From sequence record SRR20825006_1977: a DNA stretch of 44,647 nt; one strand, given 5' to 3'. This document shows positions 1 through 8,918 of this stretch, piece after piece. Both the position numbers and the translations under genes were made by a program. The notes under the pieces were generated by a model that had not been told where the DNA came from, ran no database searches, and saw only the letters and a program-made list of their open reading frames with translations. Each line of letters starts with the position of its first letter. Positions within the stretch are counted from its first letter, which is position 1.

Positions 1-21
1 CACAAATCAAAGCTTCGTCGT

Positions 22-42
22 GGGCTGAGGCTCTCGAAGCCC
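22..42. repeat. REP-like short palindromic element
   Basis: GGGCT-GAGGCTCTCGA-AGCCC; resembles CTGAG...TCGAAG intergenic repeats I recall from Bacteroidota; only one copy seen in this window. Confidence 0.4.
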
Positions 43-130
43 GCGTAGGAAAGGCATATTATTCTACACTTTAGCTCTCTATCTTTAAATTTCAATTAAA
101 GGAATCGTAGGAAGCCTTACCTTTACTTCT

Positions 131-859
131 ATGAAGACAGTCGTTTTTCTCATGTTTTTCCTTCCCATGCAAATTTTGGCAGGTAGAAATTACACTATTG
201 AGTTAGTCATAAAAGATGACTTCTCAGATCTCCCTTTAGCAGATGTGAAAATAGAGGTTGAAGACCTAGGAGTTGAATTAACAACAGATGCTGCCGGGAA
301 TGCAAGAATTACGGCGTGCCAATTGAAAGAGTTTAGTGCGGTCATTAGTCATCCGAATTACGATTCAATTGTGATTCAAATTGAGCGAAAGAGAGGAAGA
401 GATATTATCCGAACAGTTAGGTTAAAACCGAATTCAAAGCAAATCTTGAAGCATTTTGAGGAATTGTACGAAGAGGAAATGAAACGCTTCGCGCAAAGAA
501 TAGCGTCGATAGATACCGCTTTTATTCCACCTTGCGATTCAGTAAAACATCCTGAAGATTTAAATTGGGACGCCGAATTCCCTGGTGGAACGGCCAACTT
601 ACAGCGTTTTGTTAACTACACGATCAACTATCCGCTAGAAGCTCGAGAGTTGGGGGAGCAGGGAATCGTCTATGTTTCAGCCGTGATTGATTTGGATGGT
701 TCAGTAATAGATGTGATGGTAATGAGAGGTGTTTCAAGTTCTCTTGACCGAGAAGCAAAACGGATTATCAATGAAATGCCAAAATGGATTCCCGCATACT
801 GTAATGGGCGACCGACCCGAACTAGATTTTCGATGCCAATTAGGTTTCTAATGGACTGA
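131..859 (+). CDS. TonB C-terminal domain protein with N-terminal signal peptide and carboxypeptidase-regulatory-like beta domain
   Basis: C-terminal AEFPGG...INYPLEARELGEQGIVYVSAVIDLDGSV...LDREAKRIINEMPKWIPA...MPIRF is typical TonB_C; N-terminal LPLADVKIEV...TTDAAGN is CarboxypepD_reg-like. Confidence 0.85.
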   Translation: MKTVVFLMFFLPMQILAGRNYTIELVIKDDFSDLPLADVKIEVEDLGVELTTDAAGNARITACQLKEFSAVISHPNYDSIVIQIERKRGRDIIRTVRLKPNSKQILKHFEELYEEEMKRFAQRIASIDTAFIPPCDSVKHPEDLNWDAEFPGGTANLQRFVNYTINYPLEARELGEQGIVYVSAVIDLDGSVIDVMVMRGVSSSLDREAKRIINEMPKWIPAYCNGRPTRTRFSMPIRFLMD

Positions 860-891
860 AGGATATATCAAATCATCGAATGATTTTTTAC

Positions 892-927
892 AGTTAGTCG
901 GAGTGCAATAGTCTACTCCGACTAACT
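892..927. terminator. Perfect 13-bp hairpin between convergent genes (probable bidirectional terminator)
   Basis: AGTTAGTCGGAGT-N10-ACTCCGACTAACT. Confidence 0.7.
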
Positions 928-935
928 ATAAATTA

Positions 936-1124
936 CTACTTCTTCCAAAATTGCCACCATTTGCGGTTGGAAGTTACTTCTAAATGAGTTTCCTCGATAT
1001 TAACTTCCGTCATATCTACCCATTTTTTGGTTGGTGACCAGACCCATTTCTTGTCGATTCCTAGTAGTTCAAGGACAATTTTTTCCTTACTACTTACGAC
1101 TTCATTTGTTAGTTGTTGTCCCAT
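936..1124 (-). CDS. Small Trp-rich hypothetical protein (62 aa) ending in RKWWQFWKK
   Basis: Fills the intergenic gap, A-rich region before the ATG, ends just before the 892-927 hairpin; KWWQFW is a recurrent C-terminal amphipathic motif. Confidence 0.65.
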   Translation of the reverse strand: MGQQLTNEVVSSKEKIVLELLGIDKKWVWSPTKKWVDMTEVNIEETHLEVTSNRKWWQFWKK

Positions 1125-1360
1125 AACATTTAGGTTTATTTCGTTATAGCGATAATGAATAGGTGTTCAAAAACACCTATGAAATGTAAATTACAACATA
1201 ATCAATTGTAAAACAAGTTGTTGTGTTGTTTTCTTGTTGATGTGAATTCTTAATTTGCTGTTATTTGAATTATTATCATTTTAGTGATAAAGGTCATGTT
1301 TTTAATGAGTTACAATGACGTACTTTATACAAAGCACTATTGCAACATAAAATGAACTCT

Positions 1361-2188
1361 ATGAACAATTTAAAAACAGTACTTATTCCAACTGACTTTT
1401 CAGAAAATGCGCGGCATGCGATGAAATTAGCAGTTGCAAATTTTGCATCACCTGAAACGAAGTTTATTCTTCTTCATTCCTATAAGTTGCGGCATTATGG
1501 AGCAATTATTAGTACAGACCTTGATGAAATCCTCAGGGAAGACAGCGAACGAGATATGAAGAATGAAGTAGAGTGGGTGAAAGAGAATTATCCTGATATC
1601 AAGTTGGATGATTACTTATATCAAGGAATGATTGTAGAAGTTATCTCTGCTTTTGTCAAGAAAAATTCAGTCGATCTGATTGTGATGGGAACACAAGGAT
1701 CAACGGGAGCTTTAGGAGGATTGTTGGGAAGTAATGCGGCGAATGCTATTAAGTTCGTTCAAACTCCGTTAATTATAGTTCCAGCTTCTGCCAGCCTCAG
1801 TTCATTCAAAAAAGTTCTCTTCGCAACCGACGCTCAAGGTAGTCCATCCATAGAATCACTTGAGCCATTGCGAAATTTGATAAAAAAGTCGGATGCTCAA
1901 CTAGATGTTCTTCATGTAATGGAGTCTCTTGACAGCGAACGGATCTTGGTTCGAGAGGAAATGAGAATAGAAGTTTTGTTTTCAGATATTGATCATGAGT
2001 TTCATTTTTCTGAGCAAGGAAATATAGAAGAAGAGATTCTCGCTTTTGCCGATAAGCACGAGATCGATTTAGTTACAGTTTTAGCTAGGAATTATGGATT
2101 TCTTGAAGGACTTTTTCATAAAAGTACTACAAGAAGATTGAGCTTACATACTAAAACACCATTGCTCATTTTACGCGAAATGGAATAA
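1361..2188 (+). CDS. Universal stress protein, tandem Usp domains
   Basis: KTVLIPTDFSENARHA, DLIVMGTQG...LLGSNA, second domain KKVLFATD, C-terminal TKTPLLIL; start could also be ATG 1352. Confidence 0.93.
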   Translation: MNNLKTVLIPTDFSENARHAMKLAVANFASPETKFILLHSYKLRHYGAIISTDLDEILREDSERDMKNEVEWVKENYPDIKLDDYLYQGMIVEVISAFVKKNSVDLIVMGTQGSTGALGGLLGSNAANAIKFVQTPLIIVPASASLSSFKKVLFATDAQGSPSIESLEPLRNLIKKSDAQLDVLHVMESLDSERILVREEMRIEVLFSDIDHEFHFSEQGNIEEEILAFADKHEIDLVTVLARNYGFLEGLFHKSTTRRLSLHTKTPLLILREME

Positions 2189-2198
2189 CCTACTCGAT

Positions 2199-2588
2199 TT
2201 AGCCCTTCTCTTGATACTCAAGAATGATTGGAATCAATTGCGCTTTGGTTAAGATTAGTTTAGTTGCAAGGGATCCTACTAATTTGAGTAAATCCTCTTT
2301 AGCCAATTGATGATAAATCTCAGACTCGATGCTATATACATGATCAAGTGAAGTGTTCAACGAGAACATTTTTAAACTTGGTTTTAATTTATGAACTGTG
2401 ATTGGCAGATGTAAAACATCTTTTGAATCAATGATTGAGTTCAATTGCTCAATAAAATCGGATAATGCGGCATCAAAGGTTTGAAGTAAGTCAACAATAA
2501 AATCGGGGGAATCTCCGACCTGATTAATTACAAAATCCAGGCTGATTTTGTCGGGGTGAGCGGTATGAGATTGATTATTTTCCTGCAT
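2199..2588 (-). CDS. Stand-alone Hpt (histidine phosphotransfer) domain protein
   Basis: Helical protein with VHKLKPSLKMF, the Bacteroidota HKxKxS Hpt motif; overlaps the response regulator 3' end by 14 nt. Confidence 0.8.
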   Translation of the reverse strand: MQENNQSHTAHPDKISLDFVINQVGDSPDFIVDLLQTFDAALSDFIEQLNSIIDSKDVLHLPITVHKLKPSLKMFSLNTSLDHVYSIESEIYHQLAKEDLLKLVGSLATKLILTKAQLIPIILEYQEKG

Positions 2589-3273
2589 CGTTTTTAAAAA
2601 GTTGTATCAAGGCCGATCGATATGTTCTACTAACAGGAATTCTATGATCGTCAATGTAAACCTCATGATCGATAATCTTGTCAATTTTCTTAAGGTGAAC
2701 AATATATGAGCGATGTATCCGCATAAAATCAAATTCTGCAAGCTGTTCCTCCATAGCTTTTATTGTTGATAGAACCGTTACTTTCTTTCCAAGTGTAAGC
2801 ACTACATTCACATAGTCACCAAAGCCTTCTATGTACAAAATGTCCTCTGTTGCAATATTAATATAGCCTGAGCGTTGCTTAATTGCAATCGATTTGTATT
2901 GATCTCGCTTTACTTTTTCAAATACTCTTCTCTCAAATACTTTGTCAATGGCAAGCCCAAACCTCTCATAGGTTACGGGTTTAGCTAAGTAGTCTGTTAC
3001 GTTGTGCGTGAACCCCTCTACAGCGTATTCTTTGTGAGCCGAAACAATGATAATTTGCGGGAGCTTGGGAAAAGATGCCATAAAATCAATTCCGGTAATA
3101 TTGGGCATTACAACATCTAGGAAAATTAATTCCACTTCCTCTTCCTCTATAATTGGCAGTGCCGTTTCAACACCTTCAAATTCACCAATCAATCTGAGTT
3201 CAGGTCTTTTGAGAATATAACTTCTCAACATTTTGCGTGTAACGCTATCGTCGTCTATTATAATACACTTCAT
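2575..3273 (-). CDS. LytR/AlgR family response regulator
   Basis: REC domain (IIDDD, IFLDVVMP, YLAKP) plus LytTR domain (ILYIEGFGDYV, FMRIHRSYIV, IPVSRTYR). Confidence 0.95.
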   Translation of the reverse strand: MKCIIIDDDSVTRKMLRSYILKRPELRLIGEFEGVETALPIIEEEEVELIFLDVVMPNITGIDFMASFPKLPQIIIVSAHKEYAVEGFTHNVTDYLAKPVTYERFGLAIDKVFERRVFEKVKRDQYKSIAIKQRSGYINIATEDILYIEGFGDYVNVVLTLGKKVTVLSTIKAMEEQLAEFDFMRIHRSYIVHLKKIDKIIDHEVYIDDHRIPVSRTYRSALIQLFKNDAGK

Positions 3274-3470
3274 CTTTTCACAAGTTGAATATGGTTAGGC
3301 ACCTTGACTTCCTAAACTACGATTATTGCAACAGTAAACCTAGAAAATTGAATTATTTATTCAATAATAATTCATTCTTGGATTTACGTCCTGACTATGA
3401 GGAAGTAAATTTATTTTGATAGTTCAATTAGTAATCCGTAATTTTATGGTTCGAACGAAAATCAAATCTT

Positions 3471-5300
3471 ATGAATAAAATTTATTTTAGTGTTATTGCC
3501 CTCTCCATGGCATTCAGTTCTGCAGCGCAGAAAAATGGAGTATTGAACTCTAAATTTGACTACAGTGTTGGGCAGACTTCTGCAAAACCAAAACCTGTAG
3601 AAGCAACAAACAGAGCAACAATTTTATGGTCAGACAACTTTTCCGCTGCTGGAAACTGGACAATGACAAACACAAGTACTCCATCAATTGATTGGACTAT
3701 CGAAACTAACCCAAGTAGTATTCCGAATGCCGCTCCTTCGTTATTCCCATTTAACAGTGCAACGGCTACAAACGGTTTTGCTTTAATTAATTCGGATGGT
3801 GCACCAGGAAATGGTGATGGTGATGGTGCGATTATCGCTGAAATCACTACGACAAATTCTATGGATTTATCGGCAACACCAAACTTGATTTTGAGATTTT
3901 CACACAGCTACAGATGGTGGCATGAAGAGCGTGGAGTAAGAATTTCTGGTGACAATGGTGTTACTTGGACTGAATTCCCAATTACTTCTGAAACTGGTGG
4001 AGCAATTGCAACTGGATATCCAAATGATCAGAACTCAGGAAATCCTGAAATTACTGAAATCGATATTTCTGGAGCTGCTGGAGCTCAAACGTTAGTTCAA
4101 TTCTATTACAACGATAACGATTTCTGGGCTTGGTACTGGGTTGTTGATGATGTAGAGATTTTGGAAAAACCAGACAACGATGTTCAATTAGTGAACGCTT
4201 GGTTCTCTGGAACTACAAATGATGGAATTGAGTACGGAAGAACTCCACTTAATCACCTTGATGCATCGTATGCTGCAGGTGCAGAAGTGTTGAACTTTGG
4301 TGTTCTTGATCAAACTAGCATCGTAATGGACGCTGATTATCTTTCATTCACGGCGCAAGCTACTTTAGCATTAATCGAAGCTGATTCTACAGAATTCATG
4401 GAGGAAATAGTTACTCCAGCTCTTGCATTGGGAGTTTATACTGGAACTTACACAGTTGAGTCTAATGGTGACCAACCAGGTGGACCAGAGTACGGAGATA
4501 ATACGTACCCACGTGTATTTGAAGTAACAAACGATATTTACAGTATGGATAATATCGGAAACAATCCTGCATCTACTGTGAATCTTGGTACAATTGGTAC
4601 TGCTTCTTTCACAGGTGCAGCTGATGGACTTGTTGTAGCGGCTGAATACCGATTTAAGCAATCTGATATGGTTTCTGGATTCCGTGTATTCTTGGATCCA
4701 GCATCTCAAGTAGGTGGTGAGCTTGTAGCTTCAGTTAAAGATACTGGAACTTTCAGATTGTTAGACATGAGTTCTATCGTTGAATCTGGATTACATTCTC
4801 TTACAGCTGCAGAAATTGCTCAAGGTTATGTAGATATCTTGTTCGATAACGTTACTACACTTGGAGCTGGTTCTTACTATGCTGCAGTAGATTTATTTAG
4901 TTCAGGAAATACTGCTAACGTAGTAATCGTTGACGACAGAACAGTTCCACAACCTGGATTGGCTTCTGCTATCTTCATTCCTGGAGACAACGTATTTAGT
5001 AACGGAGAGGCTATTGGTATCCGTATGCTAATGGGAGATAACTGGGGTGTAGGACTTGCTGAAAACGCTTTAACTGGTGTGAAAGTATATCCAAATCCTT
5101 CTGAAGGAGTTATCACTGTTACAAACGCAGCGAAAACAGATAACACTGTTAAAGTATTCGATATGCTTGGAAAAGAAATTTACTCAAACACAGCAACTGC
5201 TGATTTGTCAATTGATCTTTCTAAAAACTTATCAGGTATTTACCTTGTTAAAGTTTCAAACGAAAATGGAACAATCACAGAAAGAGTTGTGATTAAATAA
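3471..5300 (+). CDS. Secreted T9SS type A sorting-domain protein of unknown function
   Basis: Sec signal peptide; C-terminal VKVYPNPSEG...VFDMLGK...IDLSKNLSGIYLVKV...TERVVIK. Confidence 0.92.
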   Translation: MNKIYFSVIALSMAFSSAAQKNGVLNSKFDYSVGQTSAKPKPVEATNRATILWSDNFSAAGNWTMTNTSTPSIDWTIETNPSSIPNAAPSLFPFNSATATNGFALINSDGAPGNGDGDGAIIAEITTTNSMDLSATPNLILRFSHSYRWWHEERGVRISGDNGVTWTEFPITSETGGAIATGYPNDQNSGNPEITEIDISGAAGAQTLVQFYYNDNDFWAWYWVVDDVEILEKPDNDVQLVNAWFSGTTNDGIEYGRTPLNHLDASYAAGAEVLNFGVLDQTSIVMDADYLSFTAQATLALIEADSTEFMEEIVTPALALGVYTGTYTVESNGDQPGGPEYGDNTYPRVFEVTNDIYSMDNIGNNPASTVNLGTIGTASFTGAADGLVVAAEYRFKQSDMVSGFRVFLDPASQVGGELVASVKDTGTFRLLDMSSIVESGLHSLTAAEIAQGYVDILFDNVTTLGAGSYYAAVDLFSSGNTANVVIVDDRTVPQPGLASAIFIPGDNVFSNGEAIGIRMLMGDNWGVGLAENALTGVKVYPNPSEGVITVTNAAKTDNTVKVFDMLGKEIYSNTATADLSIDLSKNLSGIYLVKVSNENGTITERVVIK

Positions 5301-5324
5301 GATTAAAAAATCTTTAAAAGTAAG

Positions 5325-5361
5325 AGCCGGTTTCCTTCGTGGAAATCGGCTTTTATTTTTT
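5325..5361 (+). terminator. Intrinsic terminator
   Basis: AGCCGGTTTCC-TTCGT-GGAAATCGGCT followed by a T-rich tract. Confidence 0.8.
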
Positions 5362-5368
5362 CTTTCAC

Positions 5369-5376
5369 TACATTTG
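5369..5376 (+). promoter_or_regulatory. Bacteroidota housekeeping -7 box for fabD
   Basis: TACATTTG matches TAnnTTTG, 17 nt before the ATG. Confidence 0.6.
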
Positions 5377-5393
5377 TCCCAAATAATACAACT

Positions 5394-6281
5394 ATGAAAG
5401 CTTACGTTTTTCCTGGTCAAGGAGCCCAATTCTCAGGAATGGGAAAAGAGTTATATGATAATTCTGATTTAGCAAAAGAAATGTTCGATAAGGCGAACGC
5501 AATTCTTGGCTTTGAAATCACTAAAATTATGTTCTCTGGTTCGGATGAAGAATTAAAACAAACCAAAGTTACTCAACCTGCGATTTTTTTACATTCAACA
5601 ATTCTGGCAGCAACATTAGGAGATAAGTTTCAACCTGATATGGTCGCAGGACATTCTCTTGGAGAGTTATCCGCACTTGTAGCAAATAAGACTCTATCTT
5701 TTGAAGATGGTTTGAAACTTGTTTACAAACGTGCCTTGGCAATGCAAGCTGCCTGCGAGAAAGAACCGTCAACAATGGCGGCTATTTTAGGATTAGAGGA
5801 TGAGGTTGTAGAAAAAGTATGCGCAGATGTTGACGGTGTCGTAGTTGCGGCAAATTACAACTGCCCAGGTCAATTGGTAATCTCTGGCTCTATTCCAGCA
5901 GTTGAAAAGGCATGTGCGTTGGCAACAGAAGCTGGTGCAAAAAGAGCATTATTGTTACCAGTTGGAGGAGCATTTCACTCACCACTCATGGAACCTGCGC
6001 GCGAAGAATTGGCGGCAGCTATTGAAGCAACTCATTTTTCAACACCTAGTTGCCCAGTTTACCAAAATGTGGTAGCTGCGGCAGTAACAGATCCAGCAGA
6101 AATTCAAAAAAACTTAGTAGCACAACTTACTGCACCTGTTAAATGGACGCAAACAATGCAACAAATGATTGCCGACGGAGCAACTGAAGTGATTGAAGTT
6201 GGTCCAGGTAAAGTATTGCAGGGACTTTTCAAAAAAGTAGATCGCGCATTCCCATGTTCTAGCGCTGAGCTTGAAGCATAA
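5394..6281 (+). CDS. fabD: Malonyl-CoA:ACP transacylase
   Basis: VFPGQGAQ, TQPAI, catalytic GHSLGE, NYNCPGQLVISG, GAFHSPLM, EVGPGKVL. Confidence 0.98.
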   Translation: MKAYVFPGQGAQFSGMGKELYDNSDLAKEMFDKANAILGFEITKIMFSGSDEELKQTKVTQPAIFLHSTILAATLGDKFQPDMVAGHSLGELSALVANKTLSFEDGLKLVYKRALAMQAACEKEPSTMAAILGLEDEVVEKVCADVDGVVVAANYNCPGQLVISGSIPAVEKACALATEAGAKRALLLPVGGAFHSPLMEPAREELAAAIEATHFSTPSCPVYQNVVAAAVTDPAEIQKNLVAQLTAPVKWTQTMQQMIADGATEVIEVGPGKVLQGLFKKVDRAFPCSSAELEA

Positions 6282-6323
6282 CGAAATAATTGAGCTGATC
6301 TTATAGGTCAATTCAACCCAATG

Positions 6324-6357
6324 AATCCTGTTTTCTTTTGAAAGCAGGATTTTTTTT
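6324..6357 (+). terminator. Intrinsic terminator after fabD
   Basis: AATCCTGTTTTC-TTTT-GAAAGCAGGATT plus T run. Confidence 0.8.
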
Positions 6358-6421
6358 GTGACCATTTATGGAATTTGAAAAGTAGTTGCATCTCACTAGA
6401 GAACGAATTAAAATAAAGGTT

Positions 6422-7147
6422 ATGAAAAAAATACTAATGATTGCGGCTTTGTTACTCGGGACAGGAACATTCGCACAACAAACACTTGGAGAAGTGATTG
6501 GAGAGGTTGTTAAATTGGGCACTGTTGAGCCTATTGTTGGAGCGACTGTTTACATCAACGATAATGATAGAGTGTATAGAGCAAAGACCGATATTGAAGG
6601 TCGTTTTAGAATCAGTGCGGTGCCATCAGGAACTTATTTGGTGAATGTGAAGTACTTCGATGATACACTCAAAAATCAAGTTGCAAATGTCCCAATGGAT
6701 GGATTTGCAAACATGGGAAGACTAGAGTTTGGAAGAGTTCAAGAGCACGGTCCAATAACAATCTCTGCTAATAAAGGACTTATTCTAATTGACGGAAACC
6801 TTCCTGTAGCAACCTTAACATCAAAGGAAATCGACAAATCTCCAGCAAAATTCAACATCAATGACCTAGTAACTTCTATGTCTAGTGAAGTGCGCAAAGC
6901 AGACGACGGAGAACTAATTTTCAGAGGGGCGAGAAAAGGAGATATGATTTACCTCATTGATGGTGTAAAAACGAGAGATGCAGGAAGTTTGCCAGGTGTT
7001 TCTATCGGAAGAATGCAAGTCTACACAGGTGGTTTGCCAGCAAAATATGGTGACACACTTGGAGGAGTAGTAGTAATTGAATCTAAGAGTTACTTCGATT
7101 TATACAGATCATGGGAAGCGGATCAAATCCGTAAGGGATTACGTTAA
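6422..7147 (+). CDS. TonB-dependent-receptor-like N-terminal extension plus plug domain, without beta-barrel
   Basis: Signal peptide MKKILMIAALLLGTGTFA; EPIVGATVYI/TDIEGRFRI; plug motifs FRGAR, YLIDGVK, VYTGGLPAKYGDTLGGVVVIESK; stop follows 17 aa later. Confidence 0.8.
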   Translation: MKKILMIAALLLGTGTFAQQTLGEVIGEVVKLGTVEPIVGATVYINDNDRVYRAKTDIEGRFRISAVPSGTYLVNVKYFDDTLKNQVANVPMDGFANMGRLEFGRVQEHGPITISANKGLILIDGNLPVATLTSKEIDKSPAKFNINDLVTSMSSEVRKADDGELIFRGARKGDMIYLIDGVKTRDAGSLPGVSIGRMQVYTGGLPAKYGDTLGGVVVIESKSYFDLYRSWEADQIRKGLR

Positions 7148-7174
7148 TACCCGCCAGACATCTGTAAAGGCTAG

Positions 7175-7214
7175 AAAGCCACCTTGATCTCGCTCGGCGG
7201 GACGGGGTGGCTTT
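7175..7214. terminator. Long hairpin between convergent genes (probable bidirectional terminator)
   Basis: AAAGCCACCTTGATCTCGC-TCG-GCGGGACGGGGTGGCTTT, pairing with several G-U pairs and one bulge. Confidence 0.7.
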
Positions 7215-7228
7215 GTTGTTTCAATGAA

Positions 7229-8299
7229 TTACTTCAAACCTCTCTCAACCGCAGCAACGTATTGTTTCAACGCTTGTTCGTTTTCCTTTCGTAAGATCAT
7301 TAATTTGTCATCCGCCTGAATTACAATGTAGCCTTCTAATCCATCTATTAAAGCTGTTTTTCCACTAGGAATATTAATGATGCAGTCCTTTGTGTCAAAC
7401 GTGAAGACCTGATTGCCAACAATGGCATTATTCGCCGAGTCTTTCGGTAAGTGTGTGTCCAAACTTCCCCATGTTCCCAGATCCGACCAGTCGAAGTTAG
7501 AGAGAACAACGTCGATATTTGTGGCATGCTCCATGACAGCAAAATCAATAGAGATATCTTCACAAACAGCAAAACAATGGTTTACTTTCTCTTGTTCTTG
7601 CGGAGTATTGTAGAAACTCAAATCTGCAGAAAACAAGTTGAAAAGTGCAGGTTGAAATTGCTCCAAAGCACTTAAAACAGTACCCGACTTCCAAATGAAA
7701 ATCCCAGAATTCCAATAAAAATTCCCAGCAGCTAAAAAGGACTCAGCAGTTGCTAAATCTGGTTTTTCTCTAAATTGTTTTACAGGAATAATTTGATTTG
7801 GTGTTGGGCCTCCCTCAGTTTCAAATTCTATATAACCATAGCCAGTATCAGGACGTGTTGGTTGAATTCCAATAGTCGCAATTCTTGACTTCTCTGACGA
7901 TTCCAGTGCAGCCTGAATGGTTGATGCAAAGTTCTCAGTGTTTACAATCAAATGATCTGCAGGTGAAATAATCAAGTGCGCATTCGGATTGAGCGCGTGG
8001 ATTTTTGATGCCGCATACGCAATGCACGGAGCCGTATTCTTGCGCTGTGGTTCCGTCAATACTTGATCAGGTTTCAACGCTGGAAGTTGTTCTAAGACAA
8101 TGTTCTTGTAATCGGTATTCGTAACGATATAAATATTCTCGGCGGGTGAAACTTTAAGCAAGCGCTCAAAGGTCATTTGAATAAGTGTTTTTCCGATTCC
8201 CAAGACGTCTAAAAACTGTTTCGGCTTTTCTGCAGTTGACATTGGCCAGAATCGACTCCCGATTCCTCCTGCCATTATAATGCTGTAATTATTATTCAT
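7229..8299 (-). CDS. manC: Mannose-1-phosphate guanylyltransferase
   Basis: IIMAGGIGSRFWPMS...PKQFL, EPQRKNTAPCI, PDTGYGYI, FREKPD, WNSGIF, ISIDFAVME, WSDLGTW; no cupin isomerase domain. Confidence 0.93.
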   Translation of the reverse strand: MNNNYSIIMAGGIGSRFWPMSTAEKPKQFLDVLGIGKTLIQMTFERLLKVSPAENIYIVTNTDYKNIVLEQLPALKPDQVLTEPQRKNTAPCIAYAASKIHALNPNAHLIISPADHLIVNTENFASTIQAALESSEKSRIATIGIQPTRPDTGYGYIEFETEGGPTPNQIIPVKQFREKPDLATAESFLAAGNFYWNSGIFIWKSGTVLSALEQFQPALFNLFSADLSFYNTPQEQEKVNHCFAVCEDISIDFAVMEHATNIDVVLSNFDWSDLGTWGSLDTHLPKDSANNAIVGNQVFTFDTKDCIINIPSGKTALIDGLEGYIVIQADDKLMILRKENEQALKQYVAAVERGLK

Positions 8300-8918
8300 A
8301 AATTATTCTTTCTACAAATGCCAAGGCATTAACTAAGTATTCTTTGTCCGTTTTAAGTTCTTTACACAGGTAGCGCGTGCGGCGTAATTTGCCTTTTTTA
8401 AACAGTCTCCCGTTGAGGATAAAAGTACTGTTTTTCTCCAATTGCTCAAGAGTAATCTGATTACCCTTAGGTGAATCAAATGTTAATAGTGTTCTGTAAA
8501 GTTGCTGATCTGTACACGAAGATGCTTTGGTGTTTCCAAGCGATTTTCTTAAGGCAATTTCTAAGGCCTCAGGGAGCTTTCCCGAGGTGATTACTGGCAT
8601 GAGCAATTCTTGATAAGTATTTTTCCATTCTTTACCATGCGGAGCAACTCGCCTCCCAAAACGTTCAAAAGTGACCAAATGAGCGAACTCGTGAATCGTT
8701 GTAATTAAAAAGGCGAAAGGATTAAGGTTTCCATTTACAGTAATCTGTGGTTTTTCCATCCCTGTGGCAATCCTAAAATCACCGAGTTTTGTTTTTCGAG
8801 GCTTAACAATTTTAAATCTAACAGGATACTTAACGAACAATTCAACGGCGTAATCCAAGAAGTCTTCGGGAAGATACTTGGCGAGAAAACTGCGGTATTT
8901 TTGAGCGTGTATTGACAT
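8292..8918 (-). CDS. SprT-like zinc metalloprotease domain protein
   Basis: RKTKLGDF, TIHEFAHL (HExxH), PHGKEWK. Confidence 0.9.
   Translation of the reverse strand: MSIHAQKYRSFLAKYLPEDFLDYAVELFVKYPVRFKIVKPRKTKLGDFRIATGMEKPQITVNGNLNPFAFLITTIHEFAHLVTFERFGRRVAPHGKEWKNTYQELLMPVITSGKLPEALEIALRKSLGNTKASSCTDQQLYRTLLTFDSPKGNQITLEQLEKNSTFILNGRLFKKGKLRRTRYLCKELKTDKEYLVNALAFVERIIYE

Noticed and set aside
6357-6393. TGTGAC and GCATCT upstream of the plug-only gene as a third ECF promoter
   Set aside because: Spacing is about 25 nt instead of 15 and the -10 box differs
7150-7201. Alternative pairing CCCGCC/GGCGGG suggesting a riboswitch
   Set aside because: Lies 3' of two convergent genes, only 6 bp, no aptamer motif; a terminator explains the region
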